A stretch of 63,790 nt of DNA, counting the filler, from Octopus bimaculoides (Eukaryota): NCBI RefSeq assembly GCF_001194135.2. It is 6 parts of 5 records of this genome, joined end to end, with 100 filler letters (N's around TTAATTAATTAA, not from the genome) between each part and the next. Parts side by side here need not be neighbours in the genome. Positions count along the whole stretch, not along the records: positions 24,420 to 35,518 come from NC_068989.1; positions 35,619 to 44,183 come from NC_068982.1; 4 more parts are not named here. The stretch is one strand, 5' to 3'. A program made the translations under genes and the position numbers. Shown in pieces: positions 25,419 to 38,929 of the stretch. The notes under the pieces are model-generated. The model had not been told where the DNA came from. It searched no databases and was given only the letters and a program-made list of their open reading frames with translations. Numbering within the stretch: position 1 is the stretch's first letter; every line of letters begins with the position of its first letter.

Positions 25419-26145
25419 ATTATAAGTACTGGGCCTGAAGTTTGGTGAAGGGAGTTAGAGATTACATTGACACCACTGCTCAATTGATACTTATTTTAAT
25501 CGACCCTCGAAAGGATAAAAGGCAAAAATCGACATCTGCCAGAAGAAATACGGATAGGCATTCTGCCCAGCACGATAAGGAATNNNNNNNNNNNNNNNNN
25601 NNNNNNNNNNNNNNNNNNNNNNNNNNNNNNNNNNNNNNNNNNNNNNNNNNNNNNNNNNNNNNNNNNNNNNNNNNNNNNNNNNNNNNNNNNNNNNNNNNNN
25701 NNNNNNNNNNNNNNNNNNNNNNNNNNNNNNNNNNNNNNNNNNNNNNNNNNNNNNNNNNNNNNNNNNNNNNNNNNNNNNNNNNNNNNNNNNNNNNNNNNNN
25801 NNNNNNNNNNNNNNNNNNNNNNNNNNNNNNNNNNNNNNNNNNNNNNNNNNNNNNNNNNNNNNNNNNNNNNNNNNNNNNNNNNNNNNNNNNNNNNNNNNNN
25901 NNNNNNNNNNNNNNNNNNNNNNNNNNNNNNNNNNNNNNNNNNNNNNNNNNNNNNNNNNNNNNNNNNNNNNNNNNNNNNNNNNNNNNNNNNNNNNNNNNNN
26001 NNNNNNNNNNNNNNNNNNNNNNNNNNNNNNNNNNNNNNNNNNNNNNNNNNNNNNNNNNNNNNNNNNNNNNNNNNNNNNNNNNNNNNNNNNNNNNNNNNNN
26101 NNNNNNNNNNNNNNNNNNNNNNNNNNNNNNNNNNNNNNNNNNNNN

Positions 26146-26262
26146 CAATCTGTTATTACATCAACATAGGTATATTATTGATATAAAAGAGGGTGTAAAG
26201 CTCTCCTCAGTCGCAACCATTGTTAGTCCAAAGATTACATCACAAAAGAAAAAAAGAAAAAA
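26146..26262 (+). repeat. Inverted copy (about 90% identical by eye) of the Penelope-like linker segment at 29380-29484
   Basis: caatctgttattacatca..ttagtccaaagattacatcacaaaag occurs on opposite strands at the two loci. Confidence 0.85.
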
Positions 26263-28265
26263 GTACACGTAGTATTACCCACTATAATAGGTTTATCACA
26301 TCCCTTTGAAAAGGTATATTTGTATAAAGGTTCATTAGATTTCAAAAATCTGCCCATACTGTACCACTATTCAGCATAGAGTGTATGTTAAATAGATTGG
26401 ATTGAGTTTATATTTAACTAGCGTGTATAAAATAGAAAGAAAAGATAAAAGGTAAAAATATAAAAAGTAAAAATAAAATAAAAGTAATAGAAGTAAAAAC
26501 AAGAGTAATAAAAGTAAAAATATGAGAATAATAAAGTTAGATACATATATAAATAAGATTTAGCAAAATTGGAATAAAGTAATAAAAGAAATAAAAACAT
26601 AAGATAAAATAAGAGATAAAGAGATAAAATAATATAGAGCTGAGAACAGGATGTTGGCTTGGATGAGATGTTAGGGGTCATAAATAATTTCTTAGCTTGA
26701 CCACTCGTTGAATTAGATCAAGGTTGCAATACGATATCATTGTGATGAATGGTCAGTTTACCCAAACACACCACTAAACATTTTTAGCTTTATAAACTTA
26801 TCTATTACATGGGTACATACACATACATAGAAGTCATAGTATATGTATATGTATGTATACACACGCACTCATACAGATACATACGCTAACATGATCGAAC
26901 GTATACAAGTCCGCCTCGTTACACACAGCTCTAAATACATGAATATACATATACATCTCCACGCATATCTACAGTTACACCCTAGTAACCATACACATAC
27001 ACTCACATATCCATATATCCTTAATCACACGTACAGATATAGATATATCTCCATGTATAGTATCCGCATACATGCACGCACGTCCATCCATGTATACACA
27101 CATACAATACACCTTACAAGTGTATATCTTGTCTTTGAGTACGTAACAGTTATTTTTTATATACTATTCTCAATACATTGAGTTACATATATTTAAAAGA
27201 TGTTAAAAAATGTATTTTAGATCTGGCTATCACCGATCTAATAGACCTGGTATTAAGTAACAAGTTGAAATGAGGGATGATCAATAAAGGAAATGATTTA
27301 AAAAGACAAGAAATAAGTGATAAAAGGGAGCGAAATAATCGATATAGAGATATAAGGTTCTATAGGAATAGAGCTTTACAAGAATCATTTTAAAAAATAG
27401 AGTTTTACAAGAATCATTTAAAAATAAATAATATTGAGAGAGCATTAGAGGTAGTAAAAATTACTGACAGAATAAACCGGTGATACGAGGAAGGTGTTGT
27501 AAAATATCAAAAATATCCCAAACCATCAAATATATTTGGAAATGAATAAAAGATACATGACAAGAAAAAGATAAATAATAATAGGTTACAATGAGGTAAA
27601 AATAAAATGAAGGGGTTAAAAGTAAAGTGAAAATGTAAAAATAAAATGAGATGAAAATTAAGATGGGAGTTGAAAAATTAAGTACGAAGAAAAATCATAA
27701 TAATAGTAATAATATAATGATTGGAAAAATACAGTGATTGGAGAAATTTCAAGTCTATCTATATGTGTAAATTATATGTCATTGGGCAACTTCTACTATA
27801 CTCCTATTTTAATTGTTTAGGAAGTGTTATATGAAGTTAAAAGAGTCTAGGTTCCTATCCACTAATGATTACTAGTATAATATTGTTATAAACATTATTG
27901 AAGTTATTAGAGTTAGCTGATAGGACCTACGTGTATGGTAGTGTTATTCGAAATTTTAGAGTCAATGACTAAATTATTTAGATATGTTCTCTATAAATAA
28001 GTCTAAAGCCCTCAGATTGTTTACTATGTGTGTACTATATGGGGTCAGAATCTAGCTAGGCGAAAGTGAACCGAATAAGTAAGTAGTTGGGGGTAAGCCC
28101 AGGAGTTGTTAATTCAATGCCTGTACAGTGGCAGACGGGAGCAGATGNNNNNNNNNNCAAGCCCAGGAGTTGTTAATTCAATGCCTGTACAGTGGCAGAC
28201 GGGAGCAGATGAGGGAATTTCCAATGAGAGAAGATCATGAAGGGATTAAAATTGATAATGGAGAC

Positions 28266-29600
28266 TTAAGGTTTATAGTATTTAAAGGTTATAGTCAATT
28301 TATGCATACAAGTTGATTTGAATTCCGATCTTTTATTAACTAGTTTGTCCTTATCAGGGAATCTAATGATTTTCAAGAGTTCTAAGGAACATAACTGGCA
28401 ATCAGTTCTATTATTTTTATAAATCGCTGCCGATCCAACTATGGACCATCTAAGGTTAAAGTTAATATTTTCGTCTTTAAGTTCCCATATCCTACGTAAT
28501 AAGGAAGTGCTATTAGCTTTATGTTTGAGTCTAAATGATGACCTATGGTTGTAGAATCTAGATTTCCAGGCGGATGAACAACTAAGGTAGGTGAGAGTAT
28601 TCGATTCCGTAATTATTTCACAAAAGTAGACTATGTTTTTTGCTAGGCAGTTTCCAAGTAAAGGACATGTTGTTGTTGTTACACAATTGCACCCAAATTT
28701 ATAATTGTGAGGCCGTTTGATACTTGCACGTGGAGGGTAAACGTTGATAGAATTGTTATCTTGGTTACTTCTAGGTTAGTTAGAATCTACGCCTACACTG
28801 TCGTAACTATTGTTGTTATTACTTCTATTGGTGTTCAAAGTTTCACTACCTCTATTCTTTCTGCCGTTAATACTGATGCTAGACCTATTAGCTATATCAA
28901 GATTATTATCAATTATATTGGTATTGTGACTAGTATAATCATTGTCGTAATTACTGTCTGAGGTGGAACGAATTATTCTATTAGTAGTAGCAGTAGCGTC
29001 ATTTAACGCGGCAGTACTATAGGTGTGCCACTAATCTGTGCTGGGTCTGGGTTTAGTGATTCATCTAGTATACTCTGATTCGATATTGGGATAGGATTAT
29101 TGGGCCTAACAGTGTTGCTATCGTTACAATTACCACTATTACTACCATTATCAACAATGTTATTACCATCAGGATTATTACTATAGTGATTACTGTTTCT
29201 GTTATTGCTATTATAGTTATTGTTACTATTATTAATATAGACACTGTTGCTGTCAATACTAAAATTATTATTTAAGGAACTGCTACCAGTTCCATCTACG
29301 GTGCTTCTTTTCTTTTTTCTTCTTTCTTTTTTTCTTTTGTGATGTAATCTTTTTTTCCTTTTGTGATGTAATTCTTTTTTTCTTTTGTGATGTAATCTTT
29401 GGACTAACAATGGTTGCAGCTGAAAAGAGCTTTACATCATCTTTTACATCAACAATATACCTATGCTGATGTAATAACAGATTGTTTATAAATCTTGAAA
29501 GACGTGTACCGCGATATACTTTGTGTTCTGTTTTTAATTTATGTTTGATATATCCTCTCACCTCTGCCACTATCTGGCATATACAGGTGCTTACACTTAT
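28266..29600 (-). mobile_element. Naiad-like Penelope element 3' part: Asn-rich linker and GIY-YIG endonuclease, with an uninterrupted 170-codon frame at 28266-28775
   Basis: Hand translation: GCNCVTTTTCPLLGNCLAKNIVYFCEIITESNTLTYLSCSSAWKSRFYNHRSSF..NSTSLLRRIWELKD..WSIV..CQLCSLE..LVNKRSEFKSTCMHK...KP*. It has no early ATG, so the ORF track misses it. Confidence 0.85.
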
Positions 29601-29645
29601 CAAGAATTCCCTCTAAACTTACAGTACCTATATTATATATATATA

Positions 29646-29684
<39 letters not shown>

Positions 29685-31739
29685 ATTCTCCTACTCTGTC
29701 TCCAATACATCTGTCAACTTTTACCATGCACCACTCTTCTCTTACCATTTCCTTCCATAAATTCATACTTCACCCACAGACTCATACTCTTATCTCAACT
29801 TCTTCGCTTCCCCCTCTACCCACACCAAACTGTCCATCTCTTACTCTCAGGTCCTCCGCCTCCGTCCTAGCACATGTGTCCTAGCACAGTCCCAACTCAT
29901 GGCTCACCAATTCACTCAACGAGGATACCCCTCCACCGTTATCTAAACTGTAATCTCCTGTGCTCGATCTGTTGATTGTGTGTCCACTCTCTCTATATAT
30001 ACGACGGGCTTCTTTTAGTTAGGAGAGCCACTCACAATGAGTGTCTAAGAGAGCCACTCACAAAGCTTTTGCCAGTCGTGACTAAAGTAAAAATACACGC
30101 AGTGGTACTGAACCTGGAACCATATGGTTTGGATGTACACTTCTTGCCACACAGCCACGTTCACATTCTAAGAAAATGTTTATTATATATGAAGTAAAAA
30201 AGAAAAAGGAAAACACGGAAGGAATTGTTACTTAATAGCGAAGGGGAAAGCTTAAGTTGCAAGAGATAGAGAAAAAGAAAAAAACTTTCGTTTAGTCGTC
30301 ATGTAATGAGAGAGATAAAGAGAAAGATAGAGGAGGGAGAGGGTAAGGAAGGAAGGGTATGCGAAAAGAGAGGAGTAAAGAGAGAGGAGAAAGGATAGAA
30401 AGCAAGCAAATCGGCAGGCTTGTTGTTTCAGCTAAATACCTAGAGATTGAGGGAAAAAGATAAAGGTCAGTAAGTGTGCATTTTTTCAGCCATACATCTA
30501 GTGGCTAATCTAGCATGAGAAACTAGGAAAGCTTAGATCATGCTTATAGATTCCAATAAATGAATTTATGATAAAGTATATTTATTTATGCATGATTTAT
30601 AAAAGGCTATAACTAGCTTACATTACTCGCAAAGAAATAAAGATTATCCCACACTACTGCAAATAATGATTGCAAATTTCTATCGAAATGACAAGCACTC
30701 ATAAAATATAAATAAGCATAACATTGATATCTATTAATCAGCAAGCAAGACAAAAAGAGTTACGAGCATATCTATCATTATCTCATCATTCTACCTCAAA
30801 AATTTATTGTAGTTATTTAATACAAAGATACTGATAGGATTGCAGTTGAAGAATGATCAATATTAAACAATGCATTTGTACGGACTTTCACACGCAAGCG
30901 ACGTTTTAGAGTTTTATTTGAATCATCAAGAAGCCAGAAGTCTGTCGATCATTTTTACATATTTAAGGTGAAGTACAACGGATTCTTCTTTTGAGTGACT
31001 TAGTTCTGGATTTCACTCCAGTTTAACGTAATCCCATTCTACGACCGACGTTGAACCGACAACAAAGAGCACAATCGGCTCTCTTTTCACTTGTTTCAAA
31101 TCACGAGAACTTATCTGGCAGTTACTATTCCTACCAGTTTAAAAACGCATACTTTATTTGCTTTTCTGACCATTATCAACTTGCAAATATTTGGCAGTCA
31201 AACGAAACTAACTCTAGCATATTCGTTTAACACATGTCTGTAACACTGAATTATATATTGAACTTATAAATAAGAAAATGTTTATGAACAACTTTTACAA
31301 CAGATTATGCGAAGCTAATATTTCGTTAATGTTGCATAGCTAAACTTATTTTCAACTATGTTAACATACCTTTAACCGATATGCACAAACTTTGTACAAA
31401 CACATGCTGTTGATTACCTAAAATATTAAGTACTATTACACTGGGAATAGTTCACATTTCTTTGAATAATTTATTGCTGCTCTCTCTTTCAATCTCTCTT
31501 ATTTGTCTCATATATGAAGAAACAGCATTTAGGATTATTGACGTAACCAAGAAGTATTGACTCTTGGTACATTTGGAGGCTAGTTCATGATCTGTTTAGT
31601 TGTGATATATTTTCTGCAGTTCATTACATTATTTTAACTTATACTTAACATTATCGTGGTCGAAAAGCTGTTGAGTTGGTATTTTTGTGATTAGCTTAGT
31701 TCTCACAATCCGATTGCTGAGCAATTCATTTGGCCGTGG

Positions 31740-33240
31740 TACGTTGGGGCTTAGTGTCGTTGCTTGTAGATATAACATTATCAAATGCAGCAACTATTCT
31801 GCTTATTCTACCTAAACTAATAATTTTTTCATAGCCCAAATTTATTTTTCATACGAAACCATTTAATTGAGGAAGTTTTGAAGATGATATGACGTGGTCG
31901 ACTTGCCATTGCTGAGCAAATTCTCTGTATGCTTCGCATAGTAGTGGCCATTTGTTACTTATCACTCTTTTGGGAATATCGTATTCAAGGAATATCTGTT
32001 TTGTTGCTGACAGGGTTATATTACTTATGCATTGTTCTGTCATCTTGCTCGTGTTAGAAAAGTTACTGCAGTTATAAGTAACTATTAAATATTTACGGCC
32101 ACCAAAATGAAATAGATCTGTACCAATATATTCCCATGCTAGATTAGGAATATTTGTTGTTGAAAGTTTGCTTTAGATGTATAGGAAGGTATTTTTGAGA
32201 TGTGGAATATTTCTTAGCCTTATTCTCGATGTCTATGTCAATTCCAATTTTCTCTTCAGATTCCCAACTTTGCACCTATGGTTCGAAAATGGTCTTTTCA
32301 ATGTCTTGGTGAGTAGAAGAACTGATTTAATAATATTTGTCAGCTGATTGGCATTAAGATCTTTGATCTTTTCAAATTAAAACCATCATTAGTTGGGAGT
32401 TCGTTTTTGTAAAATCCGTAGGAATGTATTGGAGGTGGTAATTCTTTGACTGACTCTCGTCATCCAGTTATTATGATTTTAAGAAGCTGGTTGAGAACGT
32501 GACCTTTCTGGTTTTAACTTGAATTTCGTTCAGAAGATTATGGCTGAATCATAAGGACAGTTCTAGCATTCAAGTCAACTGTTTCCTTGTTGGTGATAAG
32601 AAAACAACTAATCGTACCTAGTAATGTCATTTCATTTCTAGATTTGTATTTTATGCATATTTGATGTCTCTATAATTTAAGTAGCATATCTTGTATTTTT
32701 AGGGGTCACTGGTCAACGGTTTCTGCAGTATAATTACCAGTGGTTTAAGGTCAGTGAGTACTCTGAAATGATGGCAATGTATGAAAGGTTTGATTCCCAA
32801 ATGAAATTGCACGGAGTTTGTTCTATGCCGGTATAACGTTTCCCCGTATCTGATACAGATTTCGATGTACGTCAGTCGGCTCCCATTCCGCATCAGTGAA
32901 GCACCAAGTAATTTCAATTTTCACGACTGACATATTGCCATGTTAAACTGTACGAGTATTGGCCCTCGTCCAGTTTCTATCTTGAGAATCTCAAAATATC
33001 GACTGCGGCGTTCTTGTCAAAAGCAAAAGTAACTTCAGTTAATCTCATAGTGTGGACACCTTGTTGGGCAAGTCTGGAATGAATGGGGACAAGTAATTAG
33101 GAACGTCTAAAATATTTCACGTGAGTCTCTGTTGCATATTGGAGCTAACATGACTTTCATGTCATTGAGCTTCGTGTGTCGAGACTGACATCATCTGTAC
33201 AACATGGTAAAATTGAAAGGGAGTTACCTGTGCAATTCAG
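31740..33240 (-). mobile_element. Highly decayed Gypsy-type LTR retrotransposon pol (RT end, RNase H, integrase)
   Basis: FRVLTDLKPLVIILQKPL (RNase H end); IFLEYDIPKRVISN..YREFAQQWQVDHVISSSKLPQLNGFV (integrase core). Confidence 0.75.
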
Positions 33241-33813
33241 AGAAGAAATAATATTAACATAATACAATGTACTTTAATTTAAAATCACCGGTTTCAGCTT
33301 ACTACTGACGTTCAAATTATTTGACCCCCCCCACTCATGCACACTCATACATACACACATACAATCACACATAAACATACATATATGTATGTATATACGT
33401 AAGTATGTACATATGTGTGTATGTATGTATGTATATATATATGTATGTATGTACACACACATGCACACATATACGTACATACATAAATACATATATACGC
33501 ACATAGATACATATATACATATACATATATATATAATATATATATACACTACACACACACACAAAGACATACACATGTATATGTATATATATATGAATAA
33601 ATATACTTTTATTAAAACTGGAAAAATCTTCACAAACTATTACTCAGTGTTTTATGTTACCTTTAGTTGCACAACAGTCTGGCGAACGAGAGGGTGAAAC
33701 TCTGGAGTGATAATTTGTGAAGACTTTTGCAGCTTTAATAAAAACATATTACTCTGCCTTCAGTATTCGAGTACTAATTTTCCCCACCTTGTTTTGAATT
33801 CATATGCTTACTA

Positions 33814-33846
<33 letters not shown>

Positions 33847-34654
33847 NNNNNNNNNNNNNNNNNNNNNNNNNNNNNNNNNNNNNNNNNNNNNNNNNNNNNN
33901 NNNNNNNNNNNNNNNNNNNNNNNNNNNNNNNNNNNNNNNNNNNNNNNNNNNNNNNNNNNNNNNNNNNNNNNNNNNNNNNNNNNNNNNNNNNNNNNNNNNN
34001 NNNNNNNNNNNNNNNNNNNNNNNNNNNNNNNNNNNNNNNNNNNNNNNNNNNNNNNNNNNNNNNNNNNNNNNNNNNNNNNNNNNNNNNNNNNNNNNNNNNN
34101 NNNNNNNNNNNNNNNNNNNNNNNNNNGGCCAGCCCCAAGGAAAGACTAAGCTAAGAGCACTAGATTCCTTGCAAGAAAGCAGCGAATGTATACGAAAACA
34201 AGGACGAAAAAATAGGGAGAAATGGTACACAAATACAAATGCAAATTACAGCACATTAACAACAGGTGTCTTTTGACTAAGGACGAACTAAATCAAGCTG
34301 GCAGGGACATAAGAGATGACAGGCATGGGGAGGAATATAGATGTTGCACAGATGGTAGTCGAACTAAGAAAGAAAGGTCAGGCTTGGCTGAACGCCGGTC
34401 ACGTGGGGAGAGAGGAGAGAAGTAGTGGCAGAGGGATAGAAGAATTAGGGAGGGACGAGAAAAAAGGAAAAGGGACAAAGCGAAGTGAAAGAGGAGGGAA
34501 AGTGAGAATGAAGAGAAAGCCAGGATATGTGAGAGAGGGGGAACGAAACAAAGAAGAATGGAAAGAATGAAGTAAGTATGAAGGAGCTGATAGAAATATA
34601 TATAACATTAGACGTGCGTACAGTTCTACCGATTACATTGGGGATATGTTTGTG

Positions 34655-34729
<75 letters not shown>

Positions 34730-34741
34730 NNNNNNNNNNNN

Positions 34742-34813
<72 letters not shown>

Positions 34814-35626
34814 AATGTGTTTCTTTCTGTTTCCCATTACTAACTGACAAGATATTCTTCAACACGAGACTATGCTAAAAAGCACTGTGCAGCAGTACTG
34901 AATCTAGAACCTCGAGATTGTAAAACAAACTTATAAATGTACTGTTATGTCCTCGTCTATCGGACACGTGACATCTTCTTGAATACCTAGGTAATAAGGC
35001 GTTCCGTTGGATTTTCAATGGTGAACTGTTTCCTATCACCAGTATTCCAAGTTAAGAAAACATTTGCTAATTTATCTTGGGATGCCATCCGCAAAGAAAA
35101 CAATAGTGAAGTCAGTAGCGTATTTACATTTGTGAGCCAAAAATTTCCCCGCAAAGAAAAGAGTGACATATATAGTTCTGCCTTTCGGTAGTAGTAAGTT
35201 GCGAATAAGCCACCTATATTATTTATAGTTTTCACTATTACCATTTATGAAATCAGCGTCATATTTCTACGGTATAAACTGACGAGGTGAGCCAACTTAA
35301 TTCTAGGCCGGGTAAGAGCCACTGATAAGCATTAATAAAAAGGCGAAATGACTGGTGATTTCGTTATACAAGACTCTAGGGAGCTTGCTCCCTTGTCAGT
35401 CTTAAAATAAGTGCTTTATCGTGGCTGAGAGATGTTTTGACTTTTATTTCTAGGAATGCTGGTGCTAACTAGTGCCCTTAGTCACTTTAGTGACGTCTCC
35501 CTCTCTCTCTCTGTATATNNNNNNNNNNNNNNNNNNNNNNNNNNNNNNNNNNNNNNNNNNNNTTAATTAATTAANNNNNNNNNNNNNNNNNNNNNNNNNN
35601 NNNNNNNNNNNNNNNNNNCACACACA

Positions 35627-35678
<52 letters not shown>

Positions 35679-35679
35679 C

Positions 35680-36089
35680 AGGTTTAATTAAGATAAAAAT
35701 AAGAATCGTCCAAGCTGAAGTATATATTGTTATATTAGAGATATTAAAATATAAAATTATGAAAATGTATGAATACTAAAAATATACATGGACATATAGA
35801 TATATGGATATATAAACATAACAATAATGGAATATAGATGAATAACGTTTTTTTAAGAAATTAAAATATGGTATAGAGAAAACAATAGGCATTAAAAATA
35901 GATTTGGGTTACATGTTAGAAGAAAATAAAGTATTCCAACGATCGTTTCTGGGGTTCATTCGTTGAAATATCAAATGAATCTTAAGATACTTTCTTCAAA
36001 CATGTTACCCACAAAACTCTTTTTAATGCCTATTATTTTCACTATACCATATTTCAATTTGTCAAAAAAAAATTTTTTGGATCTATATT

Positions 36090-36151
<62 letters not shown>

Positions 36152-36353
36152 GTTCAGTAGTTTTATTTTTATAACGTGCTTTCACTTCACTACCGAGCGC
36201 AGCTCTGTGTGCCTTGGGCATGTGCTGTGGTTTGCTGTGATGCTCTTATGGTTACTGTATTGAAAGTGTTTTGCGTAGGATGTGTGCAGTGCCCAGTAGT
36301 GCAATATATATATTTGTAAGTCCTGGTGTTTTTGTTATGTATTTGTCTGAATA

Positions 36354-36450
<97 letters not shown>

Positions 36451-36580
36451 CTATATTCTATTATTATTATGTTAACATATCTATATGTGCACGTATATTT
36501 TTAGTATTCATATATTTTTATATCTCTAATATATCAATATATGTTTAAACTTGGAGAATTCTTATTTTTAGCTTAAATCC
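35680..36580. mobile_element. Foldback/MITE-like long inverted repeat (arms about 255 bp) with a LINE-microsatellite insert in the right arm
   Basis: 35860-35935 pairs with 35985-36062; 35823-35860 pairs with 36062-36096; 35680-35835 pairs with 36451-36580. Confidence 0.8.
36151..36357 (-). mobile_element. 207-bp 5'-truncated R4/Dong-like family A copy flanked by (TAA)n
   Basis: Near-identical to 2501-2720 apart from a small deletion. Confidence 0.92.
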
Positions 36581-36901
36581 GTATGTATATACATATGCGT
36601 TAACCGTAGTTTGCCTGATTTGAACTTTTTGTATTGTGTCCATTATATATATATATATATATNNNNNNNNNNNNNNNNNNNNNNNNNNNNNNNNNNNNNN
36701 NNNNNNNNNNNNNNNNNNNNNNNNNNNNNNNNNNNNNNNNNNNNNNNNNNNNNNNNNNNNNNNNNNNNNNNNNNNNNNNNNNNNNNNNNNNNNNNNNNNN
36801 NNNNNNNNNNNNNNNNNNNNNNNNNNNNNNNNNNNNNNNNNNNNNNNNNNNNNNNNNNNNNNNNNNNNNNNNNNNNNNNNNNNNNNNNNNNNNNNNNNNN
36901 N

Positions 36902-36958
<57 letters not shown>

Positions 36959-37039
36959 GAAAGGGAGAGCGTGAGAGAGAAAGTGAAAGGTGGGGTGGCG
37001 TTTTTGTCGAGTGGCCACACTTTGCCTTGATGACAGGAG

Positions 37040-37740
37040 AGAGTCACTATACCAAAGTATCTGCTCGTGAATTTGAGTATGAGATTTGTTCATAGAATTT
37101 CTTTTAGCCTTTGTCATGTGTAGAGTAGTGTAACGGAGTAGAGAAACGGATGAAGTTGACAAGCGCATCGGATGTATGGAATCGAAGAGAGAAAATCCTC
37201 TAGGTTTCTCACTCGCTGGGCTACACCATGTGTATCAGTAGGCTTTCCACAGTAATGTTAGTTCCACGAACTCCATTCACGCGTAAGCCATTATACCTGA
37301 AAAAGGCAGAATATATCTTGCGTAGTGTTCCTGGTTCTGCAAGACATTTCTCTTGTGGTACTGCGATGTCCAGTTGAAATTTTAGAAGCTCATTTCTAAC
37401 TGTACAGTCTTTTACGTGTCCTTGCTTGTACCTAGCTCCACAAGAATTTGAGCGTAGGTTTATAAGCAACAAACTATTGCTTTCCGTGTTGTTGGACTGT
37501 TCACCCCAGGGCGCGGATCTGTGCAGAGTTAGTATGGGAGAACAGTAGTTGACCATTTGGCAAGCCTGTTATCTCTACGCCACTGATGTTGTTTAAGGGA
37601 AGAGCAAGTACCAATACAACCTGGTACCAGTGCAGTCGTAGAAGTTGCTAGAAACGTCAAAAAAATAGGAGTCGGAATGAAAAAGGCCGTCAAAGGTAAC
37701 CACGAGTATTTTTTCTTACACTTTATCAAACGATTCTACA
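37040..37740 (-). mobile_element. Ancient RTE-clade LINE 5' end (AP endonuclease remnant)
   Basis: LINLRS..VRNELLKFQLDIAVPQEKCLAEPGTLRKIYSAFFRYNG..GVRG..RIFSLRF..VNFI..KFYEQI resembles RTE APE motifs (NVR, IDIAALQET, FFWxG, GVGF, ERLxxLR, KxxFY). Confidence 0.65.
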
Positions 37741-38929
37741 ACGAAATATGTTAACTTATTCAGCGTGTACATTTTAAAATAGATTCACTTGCTCAAAACA
37801 AATATCAAGTCATTCAAAATATTACATATACTAAAATTATATATTCAAACATTGCATATACGTCTTAAGAATTGCATGTTCAGATTTCCTAAATATTTAA
37901 AAGTAATATACTTAATTTTGTTGTATCTTAAATCAGTCATTATGCCAATAATAAACACACGCACCGTTTCAGTTTTATTTCTTTATTATTCAACAATAGG
38001 TTAAATATTTAACGAATTAACAAATCGATTGCTAGATTAATTATTCGGTTAAACAACCAATCAAATATGCCTGTTCGTCCTTTCGTCGTCATTCGCAACA
38101 TCCTCAATGACGTGTTCTTTCTACTTCAGGTGAACTTTAGGGCTCAGGCAAACCTCCTGAGATACACCAAAATTCCTTTCAACACACGAGTTCATAAGTA
38201 GAATTTTGCAGGCAAAAAAAAAAAAAAAAAGAACGAAATAGTATACTTTAATTTTTACATATTCACACATCGAATATTTACATATATAAACTTTGTTCAC
38301 AAGCACAACTATTTTATCTACATATCTATGTACACTTTTTGCATTGGGCTTTTATGGTTCAGTTAATAAAATACTATTTCTTTCAATGTATTTACCATCT
38401 AGTATTAGCGTATATTTATATTTACAACACAATCTTCGATGTGGCAAATTCTGATACAGTCTGTGAATATTAGTAAGGGAGATCAAATGACCGTCTCCCT
38501 ATTCTAAATACAATACTTCATTGATTTTTTTCTTACTACTGAGGACGGTAATACCTCGCAATCATAAGGTCATAGGTTCTACTCTCGGACCTGATGATAG
38601 TTCGTGTTTTTTTAGCAAAGTCTTCATTTTACTACGCTCCAGTCCACTCAGCTGAAAATGAGTAGCGGTTTAGTGTTGTAGATCTGTTTCCACCCTATAA
38701 ACATACATGCACATTTGCATGGATCTATATATGCACGTATATATGTACGCTTATATGTACGTATATATAATGGACTTTCCCGTCGTTAAACTACGTATGA
38801 AGCTTCGACGATTTCTTACCGAACAATCACACAGATGATTTGTTTATAGTGATTAAATATTTATGTAGATATAACAACGCTCTCTCTTATTAGATCGACA
38901 TTACTTATACAGGTGCAACCGGTGCTACA

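Noticed and set aside
27700-27800. Possible hammerhead downstream of the 28 kb Penelope element (CCAATGA...GAAA on the minus strand)
   Set aside because: The core is degenerate and no stems can be formed.
28096-28210. About 53-bp direct repeat either side of a 10-N gap
   Set aside because: Typical unmerged contig overlap, so an artefact.
29003-29410. Lys/Asn-rich 135-aa ORF resembling a host low-complexity protein
   Set aside because: It lies between the linker and GIY-YIG of a Penelope-like element and is best explained as an expanded linker.
30433-30470. Small AG...GT-bounded exon candidate
   Set aside because: Stop codons occur in all three frames and there is no supporting context.
34660-34810. 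(CA)n-N12-(TG)n apparent hairpin
   Set aside because: The centre is a gap; orientation and contiguity are unverified and it may be a scaffolding artefact.
37221-37729. Two ORFs that looked like host exons
   Set aside because: The translation fits a decayed RTE AP-endonuclease with frameshifts.
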